A stretch of 64,000 nt of DNA, taken from assembly GCA_051362555.1 (NCBI GenBank), contig CM120644.1, positions 6,952,954 to 7,016,953 on the forward strand. Direction: 5' to 3'. Made by a program: the position numbers and the translations under genes. Below are positions 1 to 13,000 of this stretch, piece by piece. This DNA comes from Lingula anatina (lineage: Eukaryota > Animalia > Brachiopoda). The notes under the pieces are model-generated. The model ran no database searches. It was given only the letters and a program-made list of their open reading frames with translations, and was not told where the DNA came from. Position 1 is the stretch's first letter. Each line of letters opens with the position of its first letter.

Positions 1-866
1 ACAGCAGGGTAGCAAGACTGAAACCTCTTATATCGTTACAAAACAGGCAACGTAGAGTAAACTAGGGTCAACAGGATCTGGAACTGGACAGTTCATGACA
101 ATTGGTCCTATATATTTTTTTCTGATGAGTGTCGCTTTGGTCTGACCTCTGATGACAGACGGGTACTATGCTGGCAAACTGCTGGTAAAGCATTTGAACC
201 ACATGCACTGAATTTTCGAACCCGGAGCAGCATATTCATCATGGTGTAGGACTGCATCAGCATCCATGGCTTGGGCGAATTGATAGTGGTTAATGGAAAC
301 ATGAATCACTAGAAATATATCGATGTTTTGGAGTCAGGCTTGCTACCATCTATAACTAACATGTTTGGTGACAGGAATTATCCATTTATTCACCAGGATG
401 ACAATGCTCCTTGTCACAGGCCCAGAGCAGTTGATGATTGGTTTGACCAACAGGACATTCGCAGGGTGATGTGGCCTGCCCAGAGTCCGGATGCAAACAG
501 AATAGAAAATATGTGGAATGATATGTCAAAACTTTTCACAAATGCCCGTCTAACCAGCAGAGAAACTCTGTTATATTCAGTGTTTCATGCTTGGGCCAGC
601 ATAAGCCCTGAACGCATCAGACAATTATATGAAACCTTGCTTCGTAGACTGGCACCTATTATTAGGTCACGTGGCTATGCCACTAAGTACTAATTTTGGA
701 CTTGAAACTGCATATTTTGGTAGAATGTATATTTTGTTCTCATTTTGTGATTTTTTGTGAAATTTGATGTGAATAAAATGAAACCAGGAGCATATCATTC
801 CACAGTCATTTATCTCCCCCATAGTATTGGCTCAGTAGGGGTGACACTTCTTTTGTCCAGTGTGTG
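1..866 (+). mobile_element. Tc1/mariner DNA transposon, 3' part, decayed transposase
   Basis: An FSDECRFGL motif lies near 118-145. ORF 328-693 has HQDDNAPCHR and WPAQSPDANRIENMW (Tc1 DDE motifs) and ends RGYATKY. Stop codons lie upstream of the ORF. The terminus GTGACACTTCTTTTGTCCAGTGTGTG is followed by TA (867-868). Confidence 0.9.
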
Positions 867-949
867 TATGTGCCAAAGGACAGTTTTAGTTTAAAATCTT
901 CTACTTTAGATATAAGATTAATAGTTCATTATCAATAAATTTAAATCAA

Positions 950-1660
950 CGGCTAGAGTTTCCGCTTGTCAAACCAAACTGCTAACATTAAATGTTCACT
1001 AATCCACATTTCCCAGTCAGTTTCATGTACGTCTGCTTCTTGTCTGCAGCTCCAAGCTAAAGGTCTGATAAACGGTTGATTAACTTTTTTTCATTTAAAC
1101 AAATTCACGCGACAAATCGCAAAGACAAAGCATATACGTATGTAATATAGCATCATCAAGGTGGACTAATTGCTGCTAAACTTATCGTTAAAAATGTAAG
1201 CACTCGGCAGCTTATTGATATCTTCCGAGCATTCGTCAGTGTGTCTTTTAACTGTTATGATTTTATAAATAAATATTCAATTTTTAGCCTGTTGGATCAT
1301 TTAATTGAAACGAAAACAGTGGAGATATCCTTACAAAAAAATCAGTGGCGGATTTAGGGGGCTGTCAGGGGGTTCTGCCCCCGCCTTCGATTTCTGAAAT
1401 GGTCCCCAATGGTCCCCTCTTGTAAATAGCATTTTGACTGCTGCATCATGGTTCTAAACCGTACCATATGGCATCGTTCGCCCTCTAAAATACTATCTGG
1501 GAGGGGGGGCTTTGCATCCGAGGACCCCCTTCAAAAGATCCTGGATCCGCCCCCGTGAACTGATTATATACGAAGGAAGTTCGCATTGGAGACCTTAACA
1601 CCGAATCGCCGTATTTGTTCTTCGTTTTTCTAAATTGCATTTAGACCGATAAAGCAAAAA
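950..1660 (+). repeat. Duplicated upstream block, homologous to about 28975-29550 plus 30220-30380 and partly to 26380-26660
   Basis: Shared strings include AAACTGCTAACATT...CACTAATCCACATTTCCCAGTCAG, GCCTGTTGGATCATTTAA and CCTGGATCCGCCCCCGTGAACTGATTAT...CCTTAACACCGAATC. Confidence 0.8.
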
Positions 1661-2871
1661 AAAATATGTTCGAGACTGCGATTAAAAAGGTAAACCTTTT
1701 TCAGTTAAACAAAACGCGCCAAATGGCAAAGAAAAATAATATGCGTATGTAATATATTATCAAAAAGATAGACTATTAGGTAAATGTATCGTTAAAATGT
1801 AAGACTCGACGGCTTCTTGCTATTTTCTGAGCAGTCATCAGTGTGTCTACTAAAGAAGCTTTAAACAGATGAAGTGGAAAATTTTACTGATATGAAGTGC
1901 ATCACAGACCGAATGGCTGTGTAGTCAAAGCATCCACTTCTGGGGTGGGACAACACATACATGTGGGTTTCAGCCCGTCTGAAGACATCGAATTATAACT
2001 TGGTGTTAAAAATTTAGCTTAACAAAACTGTAAGTGCTACGGAAGCCGAGGAACCGTGAAATTTTGTATGATTTCGTTCGGCTACCAACTGCTTCCGGAA
2101 GGACGTTTCAGGAAAAGGGCAATGCAGGCCGTTGTCAGGAACCACAGTATAAAAAAGGTGTAATTAGTACTTTTAAAATGATGTAGTATTAATTCAATCA
2201 GGGGAAGCCATTATTTTATAAAATTCATACATGGCAGGTCATGTTGTATAAGTAGCTTCAGATAATACTTCACAACTTGCTTTTCAAAATTTAATGTCCT
2301 TTGTTTCAAAGCCAGTAATCAGTTAGAGCATAATTACATGGAGTTATCGGGAGTGCCCACCATGATGGGGCGGGCTTTTGTCTGAAGTAACCATGCAATC
2401 AGTTTATAAGTTTTGTGATGGACAGTTTAATTGATAAAGTTTAGCATAAAAATCTGTAAACTTAAAGCTAGAGGGGAGAGCAATATGCAGAGAAGGGACG
2501 GGATAGAAGATGAGGAGAGTAATGTGTAGAAGTAAGACTGGATAGAAGAGAGAGAAGAGGAGAGGGATGTCATGCTTGTATCATGTAACTTTTAGTGTAG
2601 CAAAATATATTCTGTTGAAGTTACAACATGGAGTCGTTTCATTCTTTTCCGTGTTAAGAATTACAGACAAGGAACCTGGGAATCTATGGAGCAGTATTAC
2701 AGAAAGCGTTATCCAAAGATGTGAGCCCATTGAGCCCCAAACCCTGGGGTGTTATGATTAAAAGGGGGGGGGGGGCAGGACCCCCCTGACCCCCTCTGGA
2801 TTAGCCAGTGGTGAGGACGCCCATCTCAGTCTAAATGAGAGCTAAAATTTTATCAAAATGGAACATCACCA

Positions 2872-2877
<6 letters not shown>

Positions 2878-2948
<71 letters not shown>
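2878..2948. repeat. (TA)n microsatellite; others at 3940-4004, 24841-24899, 35585-35643, 59712-59776
   Basis: Direct reading of pure TA tracts. Confidence 0.97.
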
Positions 2949-2962
<14 letters not shown>

Positions 2963-3629
2963 AATGATATCATTAATGATGATATTATGTTTTGATTTTA
3001 TGAAAATTTCAATATAAACAGTTTGAGGTATTTTTGTTGTCGCATTTTTTCTTTGTTGCTTTAGTATAATGTTCACTTTCAATATACATGTACTTGGGTT
3101 TAACTTCCCATTCATATAGATTGATGAAATTATACTACCCCAGCTCACCAACCACATTAAGAACAGCAGTAATAATGGGAACAATACATGTCTACATATA
3201 CACTGCTTGGTACAACTGAATGCAAATGAAATAAAAAGTGATTTAAAATATGATGGGAATATTGAAATACTGCTTTAATTAAAAAAGAAGAAAAAAAATT
3301 GGTGAGGTTTTTAGAACCAGATATTAAGTAAAATTCAAGGGATATAACCGAGACAAAACGTGACGGTGATAGACGTGCCACTTTAAAACACAGCTTCACC
3401 TCATATCAAAAATAGGTAAGGCGATAAGACAGATTTGCGCGCCCTTACTGTACTAGTAAAGGTTATCCGTCACCAATGTTACGTGACCTTAACTTACGTT
3501 GGATTTGTGTGACCTAATATTGAGTAAACTTCCTATGCTCTTTTGCGCATGGCCAAAATAACTGCGTTTTCATTTCATTGTGCAGGTAGAACATAGAATC
3601 GTTGAATGTTTCTCTAAATTACGTGACAA

Positions 3630-3934
3630 ATGGCTTATGTTAATATATTGCCTGTTCATGTTTTCATCCGAAGTAATCCTGGTAGGTCAAGAAAGACCGA
3701 GGAAGATCTTATTGCCTCATTTCACGACTGGAGAAAGCAGATCGGTATTCCTGTCCAATTTAACATTAGCTGTGGAGGATATATTTCTCTGCGACCAATA
3801 GGCATTGATATACTTGTAGAGGAAATGCAAGACATATTTGTAGAGGAAATGCATGTTGTCCCCTTTGCAGGTACACCCGCTTTTTCTTCATTTCAAAATA
3901 CATTGTATATTGATCATGATACATATTCTTCATC

Positions 3935-4008
<74 letters not shown>

Positions 4009-7000
4009 CACTATTTTGATGCTCCAAAATATAAATATAATTGTATATTGGTAAAGCAAACAATTAACCGAAAAAAACACGTTGAACTAACTCCCCCCCC
4101 CCATGTCACCTACAGCAATATTTACACAGGTGTTGCGATACTTTTGTCACCCCTCTGTATATGTTGGAAGATTAGGCTTGAATGATGTGCAGATTTGGTT
4201 GCACAGTGAATGGACTCTTTGATACGCAGCTATTAGAGGCTCTTGAATAAATTTTTATTTATATGTTGAGCTATAAAAGCTAGTAGAAGCTCTTGAATAA
4301 AGTCACATTTATATGTTGAGCTATGAAATTTGAATTTATTCTTGAGAATTTTATTAATACATGTTGTATTAATTCATTAGAAAAATGATTAAGTAGTTCA
4401 ATAATTTTCTTTACCGAGGCAGATTTTACTATTACAATCTTATCCTATGGAGCATTTCGTGAAGATGGCAGCACACATGTAACGATAGGATCATGCACTA
4501 AAGACTCCATTCACTGGGCGCTGGATCGTTGGTTTCTAAACAAGCACACGGAGATAAGCTCTCGTTTGGCTGCCTTTCCTCAATATGAAAGGCTGTCACA
4601 TGAAATAAAAACGGATCATAGAATTGGCAAATGCTGGAGAAACGTAAATGTATATAGCCTAATGCCTCTGGACGTCACAAAACTTGGGGAAGAGTGTTTA
4701 TCAAGCCAAGATGGTAAACTACAGGAAAAGGAGGCCAAAAGCGGTGGCATTTTAAAGATGAAAAACGACAGTAAGGAGATTCTGAAAGGAGATTATGAAG
4801 AAAAAGCTGTACAGAGACATGCCATTGAAAAAGTGTCAGAAATGCATTTTAATAAAGAGGTACAAGATATGACCTGTACACTTGAACAAAAATCACACAG
4901 AACTGACTTTCTTCAACAGCAAACAAAGAAAATGCAAGAAAAAATCCATCAACTGGAAAGAGAAAACAAGCGTGTCAGAGACGATCTGGAGCTGAAGAAA
5001 GCAGAATGCCATGAACTATCCGAGAGACATAAGGCTGCCTTAGACGCCATGACCGCATGGAATCATCTGTTGGATGACATGGAAAACAGACTTAGGAAAG
5101 ACAATAAAGAGGTTAGTACGTTTATGCCACACATGCACGTATTATCATCGGGGATAGACATAGTGTTCATTGTCGCATATGGTGTTAACCTAGCTGTTTT
5201 TTCTGCTTCTTGATCCGTCTCCTTGAACCTCCCTTTCTCTCTGCTGGGGCAGGGTGTCAGTAAAAAAGAAACCTAGATTATTTATACTATAGACATGTAC
5301 ATGCCCATGTTCACAATGATCAGTGTGTGCTTGCGTGCGGAAAAGGACAAGTTTCATGTCTCTTTCTGTTTCAGAGCACAGGGCAATTATTAGAAACGGT
5401 CGACCAAATTTGGCAAGGACAAAAAGATGATATTCTATCCTCTATTAAAAACATGGGTGATCACATGATTGACAGTCTGAAGGCGCATGGTAAAGCTCTT
5501 GGTACTCAGACATGTTCACATACAGAGAGAAGAGATAAATCTCCATTGGAAGAAAATAAAGAATTAAAGAACATCTGCTCTGTGATATCTAAAGCCTTAG
5601 GTAGGTACCCCGGTATGGCAGTTTTTAAACCATTAAGATAAAAAAATATTAAAATCTAAAAGCATAAACACATATGTAACCAATTAAGCACTCTTGCGTC
5701 TATAACAAAAATGTGTTAACTATATTCTAGGCGATTCGTGGCATAAACTGGGAAGAGCCCTTGAAGTTAGCAGCCGTTCCCTTAATGACATTGAAGCACG
5801 CTACGGTCGGGCTGGAAGTGAAGAACATGTCTGGGCAGTCCTTGAGAAATGGGCTAAAAGGGAAAATCCTACGAAGGAGGATCTGTTGCAAGCTGTCATG
5901 AAAATTGGTCAAGAGGCTATTTTAGGTCGGTACCAGTGTATTTAATTACCAAAGTACACACATTGTCACACATGCCTCACCTCCGTCAGAATGTTAACTC
6001 TCTATAAGCGTCTTTACAAATAATATTACTGATACCCACTTTCCCAACCCTATCACACTAAGTCTAAGTCATAACCTTAACCTATAGAGACCTTACAATT
6101 AGTTGCAGCGGGATGTTGATTTCTTATTTAGAAGGGACTAACACATTAAGCATGTTTTAATGACGTAGGGCTATCAAGATATGGCTATTATATGATATTA
6201 TTCGCTCAAAAATTATAAACATGACCTTGAACTTTGTTCACAATCTTGGCCTCGAATATAGTGACCTCGGTGACGCTAAAAATAGTTGCAATTAAGTGTT
6301 TGGCGGAGCCTAGTTTGGTAGCTATTGTTTCTTATATAGTATGTTTCTGTGCCACTGAGCAACTGTAATATACATATACCCCTGTAGATCACTGACAGCA
6401 AAAAAGGACTCATACTGAGTCTTTTAGGGACTCCAGCAGCGGGTCCTAAATCAAGTCCCTTTGAGGATTTCTCCGAGTCCTTTAATGTAAAAGAGACTCC
6501 AGCTAGCTAGAGTCCCTTAGAGACTCAACTGGAATCAAGGGACTCAAGACGATTGAGTCTTTTAAAGGACTCGAAAGATTCTTTTAAGGGGCTCTAGCTA
6601 TGAATTTTAGTCCTTTCAGAGCCTCCAGATGAGGCTTATAGGGGAATCATTTTAGTCTAGTGAAGACATTTAAAGACTCATCTGGTCCTATTTTAAAGGA
6701 GAATTTTTCAATGAAATTGTGTTTTCAGCCTTTTGCAAAGTGATACAACACTTTAAGCAAAACAGTGATAGTTTGAAATGAGTTGTTGCAAAAAATAAAC
6801 TAAATGTTTTTTTTTGATAAATATTTCTATTTGCAGTTAAAAACAGCAAGTTAACAAATCCTCTTTTAGAAAAGCATGCAATAGCCATGGAATCCAATAC
6901 CTCGATCAAGATACAAACAAATCCTAAATGATAAACATGAATGTATCGCATTTACAATGGTCATGAACACAGAACTCTTCTTGGAAAACTTAACTCGACC

Positions 7001-10000
7001 AGTTGTCCCAAAACCTGGGACGACCTTTAGTTGAATTTCTTAACTAATCTAGCCACTAAGCCACCGAAACATTTTAACAAAATAAATGCTTTCTTAAAAT
7101 ATTTCCATAACACGCAACCAAAAAACATGTTCCAATCGAAAGAATGTGAAGTAATTTTTACAGCTTCCAAAAGATAATATAAAATATAATATGAAAGAAA
7201 TGATTATTCATAGATGCAGCATCTTGCTGCTTACAATACAAACATTATTCACACAAAAGGAAACAAAGTTTCTGAAGACTCTGACCCTGGTATTCATCTT
7301 AAGTTAATGTGAATGGCTTATTATAACCAGTCTACTTGAAAATATCGTTTTAACTTATAAGAGTCAACATTTTAAAGTTTATACTTTATAAAACTAGAAG
7401 TCATGACAAACTTTTCCATCCATGTACAACTCAATGTCTTTGTCATGGTCACATGAACTAAATTCCTCATTTTTTTGAAAACTCGAACACCAATTTTTTG
7501 AGGAACAAAGTGGTGTCTCAGAACTTCAGAGGCAGATCTATTTTTTTTTCAAGAAACTTTTCCTAAAAAAATACAGCCTTATAACCAGATATGCCAGAAA
7601 AAATTTTGGTCCTCAATAAATTAAGTGTAAGGAATTTAAAAGAGCTGGCAAATTGGCTAAAATTAAGTGTAAGGAATTTAAAAGAGCCGGTAAATTGGCT
7701 AACCTGTAATAGTTTGAATACTTATCAATGAATAATGGTTCCATAGTGTTTATGAATGTATTCTTGTCAATAAGGTAGTCTGCTTGGGCAAAACCTTAAC
7801 CTTTTTTGTATGCCCAATCAGGACTTTCTGAATGAAAGTCAGGTGCCATAAAGGTTGGTTGAATATGCCATGTTAAAGGCAAAATAAGTGGCCACCAGGA
7901 ACATCGACAAATGAATCAACTGTGACAGTTTTCACATTTTCAGATAGATGTAAAATTTTGTCTCTTGACATAAAGGCTCCTGAGTACTGGAAGTAATTAT
8001 AGGCTGAACTGAATCTCCCAGACAACTGAATTTTCGAAGCAGGCATCCACACTCTTCCTTCAAATGAAGCGGCAAACACAGCACACCAGGTAGCATCTAC
8101 ATGTAAAGAAAAATATATACTCATTATCATCTACTAATGAGATGTAACAAATGATGAATATACTTTACATTTGCAGTAAACTATGTATTAACTGTAGTCT
8201 TCAATGTCTAAAGAATTGTTTCATGATTAAGTGCAGGATCTAAAAATAAATATGTCATTGCATATTTAAGTAATGTGCAAGTGAAAATAACTCATAGCAG
8301 TTACATTATTTTATGAGTAGAGGATCAATGCAACCGAGGATAATTTTATTGGGACACTAAAGCGTTCAATTTCAAGGTTTTCATCTCAATTATCCCAAAA
8401 GGAAATAACTGTATATGGATTTAAAACCCCCTGGTTTTGTGAACCCATATGAGGGCGGGCATAGGTTGCCAAATTTTTTTGACGTCATCATTAGACCCAC
8501 AATCTGCAAAACCATATCACACTGAAGAAGAAAGCAGCCTTAGCCTGGCTTGCGGAAACTCCTGACATTTTTATAAGGTAATTTTGCCTTTATTTTGAGA
8601 CAATAAAGAATGATGCAAACCATGAAATTGAATTCAATGGCTTTTTAGAGGGAAGCATTTCAAAAGGAACTGTTAAAATATTGAAAATTAAATGGTACAT
8701 ACACTTTCTGTCAACATCAGAGCGTGCAGACGCCATATAGCTTCTTTAGCCTCTTGCAGCTCACTAGAGAGTCTCCTCATGGAAGCTCCTTTTCCTTTGG
8801 GCTGTGGCAAATTGACAAGACCTTGTTCATAAAAATCCAAGTTTTTGGCCATTGCTGACTTAATATCCTTCTCCGATAGCCTTGTGAATTCATTGAATAA
8901 CTGAAAATAAGTAAACATTTTAATTAAAGATAAATTCAACAGATAAAAATATGAATGTATTCTAAAAATTGATATGGTATAATATGTTAAGATTAAAGGT
9001 AATTTTTCCTAACTAGCTTGTTATTTAATATCAAACTTGCTAGCCAGATCAAACACCGAAAGCCTTTTTTACATGAACTGATCTTTTAAAACAAGACTGT
9101 AACATAATAACAGATAAACACGACCACAAAAGTGGAAGTTTAGCCTGACCTCTGTGGTCCAATTTCAGAAACACAATGACCTGATTTTCTACTGCTACCA
9201 GTATATCACAGCAACAGGCCCGAAAAGGGCTATGGGTCTATAACTGATCGTCTCAATATGGTTTAAAGCACTCAATGATATGAAACTTTAGGAAATTAAA
9301 AAAAGACTAAGTCTAAAACCGTTAAATACTTAAAAGTTTTACTTGCCAAAACAAGAAACGTGTGTGAAGGCTTCCTCGTGGTACCTGACGGATCTGTCAT
9401 CACCACCAATCACGTGACTAAAAAAACTGCCAAAGTGAGTCTTTAAAAGGACTCAAAGCTTGCAAAGCCCGCCAAAGTGAGTCTTTAAATGGACTCAAAA
9501 CTTGAGTCTAGCTTGAAACAATGAAATCGTTAGGTTGGATTCCTTAAACGGACATGAGTGAGTCTGTTTTGGTTAACATTGAGTCTCTAAGGGAATACAG
9601 CACCCTGGAGGCCTCTGAGAGAATCGGTTGAAGCTTTTTTTTCTCTCAGTGGATATTATATGGCATTTTTGCGCAAAAATTCCTTGACCTTGTAATTAGG
9701 TAATGATCTTGACCTGAGGTGACCTTGGCAATAGATGCAGTAGATTGGGGGTGCCTCATTTAGTAGAAATTAATACTTAAAACATGTTTCTGTGACATTG
9801 GGTTACCAAGATTTGGACTTAAAGGTGACCCATCCTATTAAATGGTGTCCATTTTAGATTGTCGCGAAAAACGGGACTTTGTCATGTGGGATTCATGGGG
9901 AATATTTTTGGGGCTGTTTTGGGCTTTAAATGTTTATTGACTGGCCTGGTCATCCTTAAATACTCAAAAACACATGCTGTAGTTACTCATTAACTGAATA

Positions 10001-13000
10001 TGACACATAGGTCCGCCCCTAACTGATGACCAACGTGACATTCCCCAATTATTCCATCTATATCTACACATAAAAATGATGGATTATAGACAATTATGTT
10101 TCTTTGTTCATCTAAATTAAATCTTTAATTCTTTTACTCCCGCCCTCCCCAACCTAGTGACACTCACAGCCATTGTTGTCCACAAATTCCTATCGGTGTA
10201 TCTTTAGTAATGTATATTTAAGTATAAGTTTTGTATAGGTCCGCCAATGACTGATCACCATCGTGATATTCTCCAAAATCTCCACCCATATCTACACAAC
10301 GAGATGATGGATGTGGAACTGCTCTTCCCTTACCTTAGAGGAGACAAAGTCCTTACCAGCTCACAGATTGAGATTATCCTTCAAGGTCGAGGACGGTTTG
10401 GGAAGATTGATAACTTTCTCAAGATGTTACCAAACTTGGGATGCAGCGCGTTTTATGGCTTTGTGAAAGCTTTGGAACAAAGTGGTCAGATGCACATTGC
10501 CGAGAAACTAAGAGGTGAGTTATATACCTATAAATATTTCTAATTTTTCATCATGACTTCATTTTCAATATTTGCTTATAGTCTAACGATTGGTCATATT
10601 TTGATGATATACTGGTAGACATCATAATGCATTAAACGACTCTCTGATAATCCATTGAAGTCCACACCCCGCCCCGGCTCGTTACGATCTCCCCTGTTTG
10701 TGTCAAGACTGTCAAATAACAAGTTGCTAGGATATATAATTGTTTTTGTCTGGATGAAAAATCATGTTTTCTGTGCTGAATTAAAATCCCCATTTGTTTA
10801 CATTTAAGAAATTGAGTCCATGGATCCTTCTGTCCTTGGCGGTGACCAGATGGTGGCCGACATTTCGTCCAGAGAATTATCTGGAAAAACAGCTGCCAAA
10901 GGGACTGTAGAAGGTAACCAACATTTTAGGTATCCTAGAGTTCTTTTTTTAAGTGATACGGTGACTGTTCTGTGCGTTTATGCCAGTGGCAGTGTTGTTT
11001 GATAGTTACATGTCCAGGAAGAAATATCTAAGGTGTTTGATATTATAGATCGTTTGGGTTAGGATGGTTTTACGTGCATCCCATCATCATGTATAAATTT
11101 AATCAACCTGCTGTAAAAAAAAGTTCTTATAGGCAAAGCCGATTCTGGTGTGCAAGTGTTTAATACTGCACGCGTTGTGAAAAACAAATTTGTTAGGCGA
11201 ACAATGGATATATAAACGACTTTAGCCACAAATTATCCACACCAACGTAGAATTACTTATACAAAACGTTTATCTGCTTATCTGCCTGTTTTGTTAGCCG
11301 AAGATTATTAAGAACGCATTGCTGCCATATAAAAAGAACCCGCAGGGAAACCTTCCTGTATGTATATGTCATAGCCAGGTCCCAATCTAGTCGACTTACT
11401 CAGTGGCCTAGACCTCAACCCAATTGGGACTTGGCCCAACTAGATCTTTGCATTTTAAAAACATAATGAGTATGTTAATTGGCCAAGCAATTTACAGGTG
11501 AGCTGCCAGTTTGTTTGTATGGCATGTGTAATTAAAGGGATAATAACTCTTCGGTTTGGTAAAAAAATTTTTCTGGAGTAAACAATTATTTTCCCATACT
11601 TACAAAAGGTAAATGAATCCATTTTTACATTCAAAGTTAAAAAGTAAACAAATAATTTGCAAAAATAACATGTAAAGAGAGAGAGAGGTAATTAACTGTG
11701 CATATAGTTTAGGTGCTATAAGTTTTGCAACGTCTGTCTTCCCGGCCTATAAAACACTGGGTTTCATATGAATAATGAGATCTACCAACGTGTTACTCAC
11801 TTTCTGCATCAGGACTAAGATTGATACCTAATTAAAGGTACAGGTGCATGTAACACCTACATTGTACAGAGTATACAACAGCTGGGATTTCTATAAGTCC
11901 CACCTTCATGTACTCAAATAACTTGTATAAGATAGTCTGTAATTTTTTACGTATCATCACTACGAATACAGGTTCATCCTACTGTAGGAAAGGTTTAACA
12001 ATGCTACCCGGTTAAAAAGAGCGGGGTATCTAAAATAAACCTCTAGAAATGATGTTACGCCTACGGGGAAAAAACTTACAGTTTTATGAACCAAACATGA
12101 TATACTTAAGAAGGGCACAGGTACAATTAACATATTTTACAAAAAGGCGTTTCAAACACCTTTGAATAATATAAAGAAAATGAAGTAGCAACTCGTTTAA
12201 TGCAAATGTCAGACAACAATAGCGTGTAATGAGAGAGCCAATTACACTGTGTATAGTCAAGGTGTCATAAAAGTTGCTTCCACCGGTATGCTTTACTTCC
12301 TAGCCTAGCCGTAGAGAAACTGGGGTTCTTGTTAATAAAAAGTTCTACCTGTGAAGTTACAACTTAGCGACGAGACTCTTTGTGCTTCATAGGAGGTATT
12401 AAGATGCAATTATTTTTCCTCTTGTCTGTTGGCTGTCTCATAGTTTTGGCCAAAAATGAATTTTTCCTGGAGTAAACAACAATTTCCCATACTTACTAAT
12501 GGATAATGAATCCATTTTTACATTCAAAGTTAGTCCCTGTCTTTTTTTTTCTAAAAAGTTATAATCTCTTAAGAGATCATAACCTCTCCATACTCTTAGC
12601 CCGGGAGCCACCGGTCTGCCGCTAGGTGGCTTTTAAACAAACCGGGAGTCTTACACTTCTGAATAGGCTAAAATTTTGGAGATGGTGTCAGAAACTATGC
12701 AATATCTCGGTGATGAACGTACTCATGGTCAAATTTTGTACATTGACATGTTGAGAAATAAATTTCGAATAATGTGAGATGCACCAAGATCTAGAGCCTA
12801 TTTAGTGTTAAAAAAATTTACGAAAGCTATAATGGAAGTTCATCTTTAACTCTGATCTTTGTATCTATAGAGGCCTCCGCACAACTTTTAGCTACCAGTA
12901 AGTTGTAGCAAATTTATTCAGCATTCTGTCAATGTAAGCATGTGCAGAACTTTGCCTTAATCTGTGAATGGCACAAATCAATTCACGGCCATGTGTGCCA

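Noticed and set aside
1343-1553. GC-rich CAGTGGCGGATTTAGG...GGATCCGCCC segments with poly-C/G runs (also about 49553, 52313, 62727-63077, 63780-63836)
   Set aside because: Common short interspersed MITE-like repeats giving spurious Pro/Gly-rich ORFs; no evidence for RNA genes.
2831-4185. ORFs containing YIYIYI runs (also 59562-59897)
   Set aside because: These are translations of (TA)n microsatellites; only 3630-3870 is a real exon.
10247-10543. CARD ORFs as stand-alone CARD-only genes, or as CRADD/caspase-2 orthologues (also 24467-24760, 53675-53971)
   Set aside because: Each is bounded by conserved splice sites in phase with neighbouring exons. The domain order is DD-CARD and there is no QACRG caspase domain in the window.
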